Shown: positions 18,206 through 26,141 of the stretch, piece by piece
Layout of the letters: each line of letters begins with the position of its first letter
Numbering within the stretch: position 1 is the first letter of the stretch
Source of the DNA: an archaeon
GTDB taxonomy: Archaea > Nanobdellota > Nanobdellia > SCGC-AAA011-G17 > GW2011-AR18
Reading direction: 5' to 3'
Length of the DNA stretch: 32,000 bases
NCBI GenBank assembly: GCA_023245565.1
Contig: JAHFKB010000007.1
Location: 2,379 to 34,378, forward strand
Program-made: the position numbers and the translations under genes
Notes under the pieces: generated by a model
Database searches by the model: none
Told to the model about the DNA's origin: nothing
What the model saw: only the letters and a program-made list of their open reading frames with translations

Positions 18206-19470
18206 AGAAATTTTTAAAATATACAAAAGAGGATAGTTTGATTAGAGATAGTTTTATACTTTTTATAGCAACAATGATAATGAATCTTGGTGCTTTTTTT
18301 TATCATTTTGTTATTGGAAGAATGTTAGGACCTAGTGATTATGGTGTTTTAGGTGTTGTTTTATCTTTATTTTATATTTTATTAGTTCCTTTGTATGTTA
18401 TACAAACTTCTTTATCTAAATTTGTTGCTGAATTCAAAGCTAAGAAAAATATTAAAAGTATAAGTACTCTTTTTTTTAAATCTATTAAAAAATTAATAGT
18501 TGTTGGTTTAATATTATTTGTTTTATTTTTAATTATTTCTTTTTTCCTTGCAGATTTCCTTAATATTCCTAAAAGTCTTCTTTGGATTGTAGCTTTAGCA
18601 GTACCATTTGTATTTTTATTGCCTATAGACAGAGGGATATTGCAGGGCTTACAGAATTTTAAAATTCTAGGTTTAAATTTTGTAATTGAATCTTTTACTA
18701 AATTTTTAATTGGAATTGGTTTAGTATTTTTAGGATTTGGAATTTATGGTGCTGTATTTGGAATTGTTGCTGCTTATATAACTGCTTTTGCTTGTGGTTT
18801 TTTCTCACTTAGAAAATATTTTAAAAATTATAAGAAAGATATTAATACTAAATCAATCTATAGTTATTCTTGGCCTGTTTTTATTGTTTTATTAACTTTA
18901 ACTTTATTTTATAGTTTAGATGTAATTTTAGTTAAACATTATTTTGATTCACTTAATTCTGGTTATTATGCTGCTTTTGCTATTCTAGGAAGAATTGCTT
19001 TTTTTGCTTCTTTTTCAATAGTCTTTGTTTTATTTCCTAAAGTAGTTGAAACACATGCTTTGGGTAAGTCTAATTTTAATCTTGTAAAAAAAGCTTTATT
19101 ACTTGTTACTATAGTTTCTGTTGGTTTAATATTATTTTATTTATTATTTCCTAAATTAGTTGTTTTAATCTTATTTGGAAAAGAATATTTATATATTACT
19201 AAATATTTAGCTCCATTTGCTTTAGTTATGAGTTTATTTTCTTATGTTTATATTTTATCATTTTATAATTTATCTATAAATAAGACTTCTTTTGTTTATT
19301 ATTTATTTATATTAGATATATTAGAGATTTTATTATTGGTTAAATTCCATAGTAATTTATGGCAAGTTATAATTGTTTTGTTAGTTTTGATATCAATAAC
19401 TTTAATATTTATGTTATTTTATACTTTTTATAAAAATGGTAAATTTATCAATAATAATTCCAGCTTATAA
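18193..19470 (+). CDS. MOP/Wzx-type oligosaccharide flippase (polysaccharide biosynthesis protein family)
   Basis: 425 aa with about 12 hydrophobic spans throughout and no soluble domain. It sits between aglH and a Dol-P-hexose synthase, overlapping them by 13 nt and 35 nt. Confidence 0.65.
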   Translation: MVYLKKFLKYTKEDSLIRDSFILFIATMIMNLGAFFYHFVIGRMLGPSDYGVLGVVLSLFYILLVPLYVIQTSLSKFVAEFKAKKNIKSISTLFFKSIKKLIVVGLILFVLFLIISFFLADFLNIPKSLLWIVALAVPFVFLLPIDRGILQGLQNFKILGLNFVIESFTKFLIGIGLVFLGFGIYGAVFGIVAAYITAFACGFFSLRKYFKNYKKDINTKSIYSYSWPVFIVLLTLTLFYSLDVILVKHYFDSLNSGYYAAFAILGRIAFFASFSIVFVLFPKVVETHALGKSNFNLVKKALLLVTIVSVGLILFYLLFPKLVVLILFGKEYLYITKYLAPFALVMSLFSYVYILSFYNLSINKTSFVYYLFILDILEILLLVKFHSNLWQVIIVLLVLISITLIFMLFYTFYKNGKFINNNSSL

Positions 19471-20137
19471 TGAGCAAAATAGAATAGCAAGTAGGCTTGA
19501 AGAATGTTTGAGATACTTTAGAAAACAAAAATATAGTTTTGAAATTATTGTTGTTAATGATGGAAGTACTGATAAAACTATTGATGTTGTTAAGAAATTT
19601 AAAGATATTAAACTTGTAAATTATTTTCCTAATCATGGTAAAGGATATGCTGTAAGAACTGGAGTATTAAAAGCTAAAGGTAAATATATTTTATTTTCTG
19701 ATGCTGATATGTCTACTCCAATTGAAGAATTAGGAAAACTTATTGGTTTTATTAGAGATTATGATTTAGTTATAGCTTCTAGGGCATTAAAAGAATCTAA
19801 AGTTAATACTTTAGGTTATAGAAAATTTCTAGGGAGAATTTTTAATTTATTTGTTAATTTATTAGTTGTTCCAGGAGTTAAAGACACTCAATGTGGTTTT
19901 AAATTGTTTAAAAGAGGAGCTGCTTTAAAACTTTTTAATAAACAAAGAATTGAACGTTGGGCATTTGATGTTGAGATATTATTTTTAAGTAAAAAACTTG
20001 GATATAAAATTAAAGAAGTTGGTGTAGAATGGAACCATTTTGATCATAATGGTGTTACTCCTACTGGTGAAAGTTTTAAAATGCTAAAAGAGATATTTAA
20101 AATTAGATGGAATTGGATTCTTAGGAGATATAAGTAA
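19436..20137 (+). CDS. GT2 dolichyl-phosphate beta-hexosyltransferase (ALG5/AglK-like)
   Basis: 233 aa. 'IIIPAYNEQNRI', 'VNDGSTDKT', 'FSDADMSTP' and 'DTQCGFKLFKR' closely follow the ALG5-type Dol-P-Glc/GlcNAc synthase signature. Confidence 0.85.
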   Translation: MVNLSIIIPAYNEQNRIASRLEECLRYFRKQKYSFEIIVVNDGSTDKTIDVVKKFKDIKLVNYFPNHGKGYAVRTGVLKAKGKYILFSDADMSTPIEELGKLIGFIRDYDLVIASRALKESKVNTLGYRKFLGRIFNLFVNLLVVPGVKDTQCGFKLFKRGAALKLFNKQRIERWAFDVEILFLSKKLGYKIKEVGVEWNHFDHNGVTPTGESFKMLKEIFKIRWNWILRRYK

Positions 20138-20221
20138 TTACTCTTTAATGATAAATAAATAGTAAGTTTTATAAATTCTAAATGTTTTTATTTTATTATT
20201 GATTATTAAGTAAAAACAAAA

Positions 20222-20980
20222 ATGGAAAATCAAACGATTCAAGTTGTAAGAGATGTTTTAAAGAGTGTACCTAGTGGAGTTTATTTTCAAAAAGTTCCAA
20301 AAGATCCAACTAAAATATTTTATTCACAAGGAAATAATGGAGTAGCTGATTCTTTAGAATCATGTAGTAATGAAGGTTATCAAGCTTTATTTATGCCAGA
20401 ACTTGCTAAGGTAAGAATAGGCAGTCAAGAATTATGGAAAAATTGGTTTTTAACTCCTAGTTTAAGAGCTACTGGAACAACTAAACAAGGTTCTAAAGTT
20501 GTAGTTTATGCTCATATTCCTAATTATTTTAGTAATCCAGCAAATATAAGAAATGCTGTAGATGGTAAATTAAATAATGGTGCTGGACCTATGCCTCAAG
20601 AAGAGTTTAACAGACTTGAAGCTTTAAACGGAAATGGAAGGGTATTTGTAATTCCATATGAAACTTTAAAACAATCTAGTTCAGGAGTAATAAAAGTTGA
20701 TGATGCTTTAGAACACCCTCAAACTATTCCATTTTTAGGACTTGGAAGAGAAGGTGCTGAAAAATATTTAGCTAAACATAGAGAAGTTTATGGATATAAT
20801 ATTGGTATTTGGCATAGTGATGATTTTAATAAGAAAGATCCGCTTGGCCGTGTGCTGTGCCTTGGCGACGGCTACCTCAACGGCTTGCTCGGCGGCGACA
20901 TCCTTGACTACGATGGTCGAGTGTTCGGAGTAGTAGTGCCGGAGGCGCTAGTAGCGCAAAATTTAGAATCAAGAATTTAA
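20222..20980 (+). CDS. Hypothetical soluble protein whose last ~40 codons lie in a GC-rich island
   Basis: 252-aa ORF with its own 84-nt upstream gap. I see no TM or signal sequence and recognise no family. Its amino-acid composition is less Lys/Ile/Asn-biased than its neighbours. Confidence 0.55.
   Translation: MENQTIQVVRDVLKSVPSGVYFQKVPKDPTKIFYSQGNNGVADSLESCSNEGYQALFMPELAKVRIGSQELWKNWFLTPSLRATGTTKQGSKVVVYAHIPNYFSNPANIRNAVDGKLNNGAGPMPQEEFNRLEALNGNGRVFVIPYETLKQSSSGVIKVDDALEHPQTIPFLGLGREGAEKYLAKHREVYGYNIGIWHSDDFNKKDPLGRVLCLGDGYLNGLLGGDILDYDGRVFGVVVPEALVAQNLESRI
20840..20958. other. Compositional island: about 120 nt at 62 % G+C inside a roughly 20-25 % G+C context
   Basis: Hand count gives 74 G+C in 20841..20960. 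The flanking 60-mers give 15/60 (20761..20820) and 11/60 (20961..21020). In the reading frame of the host ORF, 27 of 39 third codon positions are G/C. GGC is used 6 times, and CTC, CTG, CCG, GCG and GAC also occur. Confidence 0.9.
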
Positions 20981-20981
20981 T

Positions 20982-21863
20982 TTATTTTGTACTTTCTATT
21001 CTATTCCAAATTTTTGAGAAACTTTGTTTTCTTAATTTTATGTTTATAAAAATATCTAACCATAGATATAATCTTAATATTATTAAAATAAGAGTCCAAT
21101 ATATTTCTTTAATTGTTTTTGGATATTTTAATGCTCTTAAAACTTCTTTACTTTCTTTTATGAAAGAACGCATTTCATCTTTGCTTTTTATTATTTTTTT
21201 CATTTGTGAATAACCGCCAGCACTTCTTCTTTTTTGTTTAATCCAATCTCTTAATGTTGTTGGGAATTTTACATAGACTTTTGCTTCTGGAGTATATTTT
21301 ATTTTATAATTCTTTAAGTAAATTAAATTACTTATAACTGCATCATCAGCTAGAGAAACTTCTGGAATTTGTTTTATTATTTTATTTCTAATTGCCATTA
21401 AATATCCTGAACATATTAGATATTTATTTTCTTTATTTAATTTTAATCTTGTTTCATGTGCTCCTTCATCTGTTAATAAATGACTAAAATATCCTAACAT
21501 ATTATTTCTTGGATTTAAAGACATTGGACGTCCACTTACTGCTCCTATTTTTTTATCTTTAAATGGTTTTATTATTTCATTGATTGAATTATCTGATATA
21601 TACACATCACCATCTGTTAATATTAGGATATTTCCCTTTGCTTTTTTGAAAGCTATATTTAATGCTGAAGGTTTTCCTTTACCTTCATCTTGATAAATCT
21701 TTAATTTTTTATCCTTTATTTTCTTAGCTGCATTTAAAGTTTCTTTATCTGGAGCAAATACTAAAAGTTCATATTTAATATTTGTTTTTTGTTTTAGAAT
21801 TGATTCTATTGCTTTACCTATTGTTTTTGGTTCTTTAAATGCTGTTATAATTATTGAGATCAT
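20982..21863 (-). CDS. Membrane-anchored GT2 glycosyltransferase
   Basis: 293 aa. It has 'ISIIITAFKEPKTIGKAIESI', 'LTDGDVY' (DxD) and 'WIKQKRRSAGGY' (a QxxRW-like region), plus a C-terminal hydrophobic helix 'IYWTLILIILRLYLWLDIFI'. Confidence 0.8.
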   Translation of the reverse strand: MISIIITAFKEPKTIGKAIESILKQKTNIKYELLVFAPDKETLNAAKKIKDKKLKIYQDEGKGKPSALNIAFKKAKGNILILTDGDVYISDNSINEIIKPFKDKKIGAVSGRPMSLNPRNNMLGYFSHLLTDEGAHETRLKLNKENKYLICSGYLMAIRNKIIKQIPEVSLADDAVISNLIYLKNYKIKYTPEAKVYVKFPTTLRDWIKQKRRSAGGYSQMKKIIKSKDEMRSFIKESKEVLRALKYPKTIKEIYWTLILIILRLYLWLDIFINIKLRKQSFSKIWNRIESTK

Positions 21864-22294
21864 TTTTCTATTAAGTATTCACTAATCCATCCTTTGTATT
21901 TATTTTTTATCTCTTTAGGAAGTTCTTTATAAGATTTTATGAATTTTCTGCAATTTGGACTTTTACAATTGCATTCCACTTCATGTTTGTGTCCTATTGT
22001 TGTTGAATAATCTATTAATATTTCTTCACCTAGTTTAATATTTTTCATTGCTGTAATTTTGTTTAGATTTTTTATTCCACAATTTGGATCACATGAATGA
22101 TTTAAAAATTCTCCTGGATTATTTTTATCTGGATTTATAAATTTATTTTTCCCAATTTGTAAACTTTTATAATTAGCTTTTGACCAATTTATTATATTCC
22201 CTGAAAAAGTAAAAACTAATTTGTTTTTTTTAAATTTCTTATTTGCAAAAATACCACTACCTTCTTTTTCTGAATTTTTAATTATCCAATTCAT
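21860..22294 (-). CDS. SET-domain protein (putative protein-lysine methyltransferase) with Cys-rich post-SET
   Basis: 144 aa. 'GEFLNHSCDPNCG' (NHSCxPN) and 'GEEILIDYS' (ELxxDY-like) are the SET core, and 'CNCKSPNCRKF' is a post-SET CxCxxxxC. An ATGA overlap links it to the downstream GT2 (21860..21863), and it overlaps the upstream GT4 by 17 nt. Confidence 0.85.
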   Translation of the reverse strand: MNWIIKNSEKEGSGIFANKKFKKNKLVFTFSGNIINWSKANYKSLQIGKNKFINPDKNNPGEFLNHSCDPNCGIKNLNKITAMKNIKLGEEILIDYSTTIGHKHEVECNCKSPNCRKFIKSYKELPKEIKNKYKGWISEYLIEK

Positions 22295-23432
22295 TGTAAA
22301 TCCTGTTTAGTTTTTTAGATATTTTATCCCATGTAAATTGTTTTGCTTTTTCAATATTTGTTTTTTGCATTTTTTCTCTTATATTTTTATTTTTTATTAA
22401 GTAAGATATATGGTCTTTTAATTTTTTAGTATTATTAAAATTATATAGTAAACCATTATTTTTACTTATTAAGAATTTTCCACCTTCTGTATTTGTAGAT
22501 ATTATTGCATTACCTTTAGCCATTGCTTCTAAAATTGTTATTCCAAAAGCTTCCCATTCGCTTGGCATTATATATATTTCAGATAATTGAAGTATTGAAT
22601 CTCTATCCTCATCATTACAATTAGTTAAAAATAATATATTTTTTTCTAATTTTAGTTTTTTTGTTTTTTCTAATAGTATTTTATAATATCCTGCATCTTC
22701 TCCTATTGCTATAAATAATATCTTTTTATTTCTATTTATTATTTCTGGTAGAACTTCTATTATATTTTGTACTCCTTTGTATTCGTGTAATCTTCCTATA
22801 TAGGATAAAATAAAGCGATCTTCTAAATTGTATTTTTTAATTACTTTATTTGTATTTAATTTTTTAAATATCTCTTTTTTTATCCCATTTGGAACATAAA
22901 ATATTTTATTTTTATTAAAACCATAGTCTTTTCTTAACCAAGAATCTTGGAATGTATTTACTTCAATTACTGCGTTATATACTTTGTTTGTTAATATTAT
23001 TAAATTATTTACAATTGATCTCAAGAATTTCTGCCATAAAGGATAAGATTTAAGTGTCATGAATGGGCCATGAGGAGTTATTACAAATCTTGTTTTTCGA
23101 GAAAATAATTTTTTTATTAAAATACAAAAATCATGCCATAAAAAACCTAAAGAATTTACATGTATTATGTCTAGGTCATATTTTAATAAATTTGTTAATA
23201 AAGATGGATAAAATGCAACATAATATTTAAATCTAAATAATGTTTTAGATCTATGGATAAATATATTTCCTAACTTTTCTTCTTTTTTCTCAATTATTTT
23301 ATTATTTTTTCTATCAGAACTAAATATATGTATTTCATGATTCTTTGATAGTTCTTTTGCAAGATTTAATATGTTTACTTCAACCCCTCCCGGGAAAGGA
23401 TAAAAATAAGTAGTGACTATGCCTATTTTCAT
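22278..23432 (-). CDS. GT4-family (GT-B) glycosyltransferase
   Basis: 384 aa. It has 'YFYPFPGGVEVNI' at the N-terminus and the E-x7-E region 'MPSEWEAFGITILEAMAKGNAIISTNTEGG'. Confidence 0.85.
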   Translation of the reverse strand: MKIGIVTTYFYPFPGGVEVNILNLAKELSKNHEIHIFSSDRKNNKIIEKKEEKLGNIFIHRSKTLFRFKYYVAFYPSLLTNLLKYDLDIIHVNSLGFLWHDFCILIKKLFSRKTRFVITPHGPFMTLKSYPLWQKFLRSIVNNLIILTNKVYNAVIEVNTFQDSWLRKDYGFNKNKIFYVPNGIKKEIFKKLNTNKVIKKYNLEDRFILSYIGRLHEYKGVQNIIEVLPEIINRNKKILFIAIGEDAGYYKILLEKTKKLKLEKNILFLTNCNDEDRDSILQLSEIYIMPSEWEAFGITILEAMAKGNAIISTNTEGGKFLISKNNGLLYNFNNTKKLKDHISYLIKNKNIREKMQKTNIEKAKQFTWDKISKKLNRIYNELDN

Positions 23433-23505
23433 AGAACTTTATCTAAATAATCATTTATTATATTTGTGATTTTATTGTTCATCTTTTTATTTGTAATTAA
23501 CTCTT

Positions 23506-24147
23506 TTAGAATTTTTTCTCTGTTATCTGTACTATTACTCCATATCTATAATAATAAAATATCTTCTTAAGATCTACCCTGTTGTCTATCAAAGCATTAA
23601 GTCTTTTTTGTGTGAAAAATTTCTGTTTTGTCCAAGGCCATAATTTTCTTAGTAGTTTAGGCCTAGTTATTATATACCAGAGTTTGTGAAATGAAAAAGT
23701 TGCAGGGACGATGGTTATTATATACCCATTTTTTTTAGTTGTCCTTATTGCTTCATTCATTATCCCCTGCGGGTTATCGAAATGCTCTAAAAGTCCCTGA
23801 CTCCATACAATGTCAAATGAGTTGTCTTTAAATGGTATGTGAAAGCAGTCTCCCTTTACGAATTTTGCATTTTTTACATTGAGTTTTTTTGCGTTTAACT
23901 TTGATAGACTCAGTGCTTCATTTGATGTATCTAATCCAGTAAATTGTTTTATCTTAGGGGCAATGTATAATGAAGTTGTGCTTGAACCACATCCAAGTTC
24001 AAGAATTTTTGTATTTTTATTAATATAAGGCTGGAACACTTTTTTATATAAAGATTCTGTAAAGATCTGCCTCATATTGTCTAATATTTTCATTAGAATT
24101 GACTTTGACTTCCATACTTGGTCCCAGTCTTGTGCAGTAACTTTCAT
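23506..24147 (-). CDS. Class I SAM-dependent methyltransferase
   Basis: 213 aa. It has motif I 'ILELGCGSSTTS', 'GLDTS', and 'FDIVWSQGLLEHF' (Methyltransf_11-like). An ATGA overlap (24144..24147) couples it to the upstream GT2. Confidence 0.8.
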   Translation of the reverse strand: MKVTAQDWDQVWKSKSILMKILDNMRQIFTESLYKKVFQPYINKNTKILELGCGSSTTSLYIAPKIKQFTGLDTSNEALSLSKLNAKKLNVKNAKFVKGDCFHIPFKDNSFDIVWSQGLLEHFDNPQGIMNEAIRTTKKNGYIITIVPATFSFHKLWYIITRPKLLRKLWPWTKQKFFTQKRLNALIDNRVDLKKIFYYYRYGVIVQITEKKF

Positions 24148-24827
24148 GAGAATAGTGATTTTAGATAATAATAAATCACTTTACCTCCAAGTTTTGATTT
24201 TCCCTTACTTCTTAATCCAAAGTCATAATAGACTCCAGTTGTACTGATGTTTCTCATATTTTTTAATAAGTCAAATAATACTTTGTAACCATGCATCTGA
24301 AATGATTTTTTATTTTTGTTTATTATACTTACTGCTTTTTTTCTGTCCATCCCAAAAAAGCCAGACATTATGTCTTTGCAGTTAACTTTATGTATCACCA
24401 ATTTTAAATTTCCTAATAATATTGCAGATTTTGAAATCATTTTTCTATGCCAAGGCCATGGAACAATAACTTTTCTTCTTATACCAACAACAATGTCTGA
24501 TCCATTCTCTAAAGCTAATGATATCTCTCTTATTTTTTCAGGAGGATGCTGCAAATCTCCATCTATGACAATAAAAAATTTTGTTTTTGTATAAAGTATT
24601 CCATCAATAACACTTGCAGTAAGTCCCTTTATCTTTTCTTTTTTTCTATCAAGGAAATAAGTGCCGGGATATTTTTTTACAATATTTTTTGTTTTGTCTT
24701 TTGAACCATCATCTGATACAATAATTTTTATTCCTGGATAATTTTTCGTTATTATACCAAGAACTTTTCCTATGTTCTTTTCTTCGTTTAATGTTGGAAT
24801 TATTATTGTGAATTTTTTATATTTCAA
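24144..24827 (-). CDS. GT2 dolichyl-phosphate mannose synthase (DPM1/GtrB)-like glycosyltransferase
   Basis: 227 aa. It has 'FTIIIPTLNEEKNI', 'VSDDGSKDKT' and 'IVIDGDLQHPPEKI', the DxDLQHPP hallmark of polyprenyl-phosphate hexose synthases. Confidence 0.85.
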   Translation of the reverse strand: MKYKKFTIIIPTLNEEKNIGKVLGIITKNYPGIKIIVSDDGSKDKTKNIVKKYPGTYFLDRKKEKIKGLTASVIDGILYTKTKFFIVIDGDLQHPPEKIREISLALENGSDIVVGIRRKVIVPWPWHRKMISKSAILLGNLKLVIHKVNCKDIMSGFFGMDRKKAVSIINKNKKSFQMHGYKVLFDLLKNMRNISTTGVYYDFGLRSKGKSKLGGKVIYYYLKSLFS

Positions 24828-24881
24828 GTTTCAGCCTCTAAAAATTTTGTAATATTGATATTTATAAATCTGTTGCAATTC

Positions 24882-25988
24882 CTATACAGCAAAATTAATT
24901 GTCCAGTGATGCTGAGTGACAATAGAATAGTAATGGAATAATACAGTCAACCATAGAATGATTATTATTAATAGCAATATTTTTCCAATAATAGTCTCGT
25001 GATTTTTACCTATAAATAAAACATATAATGGCAATAAAAATGATACATATTTGAAAGAATATATGGGGAAAAATAATGTTAATATTATTAATAATAAAAT
25101 TGGTAAAATAAAATTTGTAAGAATGAAAATAGTTTTTCTTCTGTCTTCCTTCCAAAATCTCATTATCCCTATTAAAAATACTAAGAACACTATTGGTGCA
25201 GTTATGATTAAGTATGGTGCAATTTTTGGTGTTGAAGAAATATCTAACATTGTAGAAAATTTATATATTGGATAGAGTGCAGTTTGAAGTGTAACTTTAC
25301 TGCCTGTTACAAGATTGCCTTGAGGGAGTAAATAATTATATTGACTTATAAAATAGGGAATTAATGGAAGTAATAAAATTAAAGCGATTGTTCCAAAAAT
25401 GAAAAAACTTTTTATTATTTCTTTATTCTTTCTATTTTCTATTAAGAACCATATTAATTGTGTTAAAACAAAAGTACCAGAAAGGTAATGCAGATATATT
25501 GAAATCACGTAAATTATAAATAAATATATTAGGTACTTTTTTTCTTTTGTTTCTCTTAATTTAATAAATATAATCAGTGATAGTATGTAGACTAACATTA
25601 GTAATATGTAAACTCTGATATGTTGAGAGAATAATACATGCATTGGATTTATACTTAACAAAAAAGCAGAAACCAAAGCTGTTTTCTTATTTGTTAATTT
25701 TGAGACAAGAATATAAAATAATATTATGTTTAATAACCCTATTATTACCATAAATGTTTTTAATACTAATATGGACTTTGTTAAAGCTAATAAAATTCCT
25801 AATAAAAAAAAGAATAAAGGGGGATTGCCAAATTCACTCATATATGTAGGCCCTTTTTCTATAATTACTCTTGCATTATTTATGCTAGCACTTTCATCTG
25901 TGCCATAAGCTTTATCGTATAGGTGGATTGATCTGAGGAGTATTGTGATAATTAATATTATCATTAAAATTTTAATTTCTTTCTTCAT
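24882..25988 (-). CDS. GT-C-like membrane glycosyltransferase (short ArnT/PMT_2-like)
   Basis: 368 aa, polytopic. 'YDKAYGTDESASINNARV' follows the first TM helix, placing a D-E motif in the same position as in the other two ArnT-like paralogues. No large soluble domain. Confidence 0.55.
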   Translation of the reverse strand: MKKEIKILMIILIITILLRSIHLYDKAYGTDESASINNARVIIEKGPTYMSEFGNPPLFFFLLGILLALTKSILVLKTFMVIIGLLNIILFYILVSKLTNKKTALVSAFLLSINPMHVLFSQHIRVYILLMLVYILSLIIFIKLRETKEKKYLIYLFIIYVISIYLHYLSGTFVLTQLIWFLIENRKNKEIIKSFFIFGTIALILLLPLIPYFISQYNYLLPQGNLVTGSKVTLQTALYPIYKFSTMLDISSTPKIAPYLIITAPIVFLVFLIGIMRFWKEDRRKTIFILTNFILPILLLIILTLFFPIYSFKYVSFLLPLYVLFIGKNHETIIGKILLLIIIILWLTVLFHYYSIVTQHHWTINFAV

Positions 25989-26112
25989 TATATTTATCGC
26001 AGGCCAATATCGATTAATAAATTTTATCTTTTTATATTAATTTTAATGATTTTTTCTATAATTTATTGTGTTATTTTAAATATCTTGAATAGAGCTCAAA
26101 TTCACAAAAGTC

Positions 26113-26120
26113 TTATATAC
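26113..26120 (+). promoter_or_regulatory. Putative TATA box for the radical SAM gene
   Basis: 'ttatatac' is centred about 25 nt upstream of the ATG at 26142. This supports 26142 rather than 26046 as the start. Confidence 0.3.
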
Positions 26121-26141
26121 CATTTTGATTATTGTAATCTT

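Noticed and set aside
19448-19636. 62-aa minus-strand ORF at the start of the ALG5-like gene
   Set aside because: It is antisense to the conserved GT2 N-terminus, with an Ile/Asn/Phe-rich composition expected by chance.
20945-20957. Palindrome GCGCTA-G-TAGCGC as a rho-independent-type terminator hairpin
   Set aside because: A full 6-bp stem would leave a 1-nt loop, which is sterically impossible. The realistic stem is only 4 bp. It lies inside the ORF, about 20 nt before the stop, and archaeal termination normally relies on oligo-T tracts. It could equally be a protein-binding palindrome. There is not enough evidence to annotate it.
20840-20958. GC-rich island as a tRNA (possibly intron-containing) or a ~120-nt 5S rRNA
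   Set aside because: I tried both strands by hand. There is no 7-bp acceptor pairing between the ends and no GTTCRANYC T-loop flanked by a 5-bp stem. 'GTGTTCGGAGTAG' does not pair. There is no 5S helix-I complementarity between the termini, and only a weak 'CCGAAC' resemblance on the minus strand. An Rfam/Infernal scan is still needed, so the RNA idea stays as one hypothesis in the findings, not as a feature call.
24316-24594. 92-aa plus-strand ORF inside the DPM1-like GT2 gene
   Set aside because: It is antisense to the 'DGDLQHPP' catalytic region of a well-supported CDS.
25051-25908. Two short plus-strand ORFs (25051..25275, 25726..25908) inside the GT-C-like gene
   Set aside because: Both are embedded antisense to a 368-aa polytopic membrane protein ORF, and neither has independent support.
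26046-26141. 32-codon N-terminal extension of the radical SAM ORF (track start at 26046)
   Set aside because: The extension is hydrophobic/AT-rich, with no counterpart in the B12-binding module that normally starts near 'MKICFVMPP'. It contains a TATA-like box (26113..26120) at the right distance from the ATG at 26142. The shorter start is preferred but not proven.
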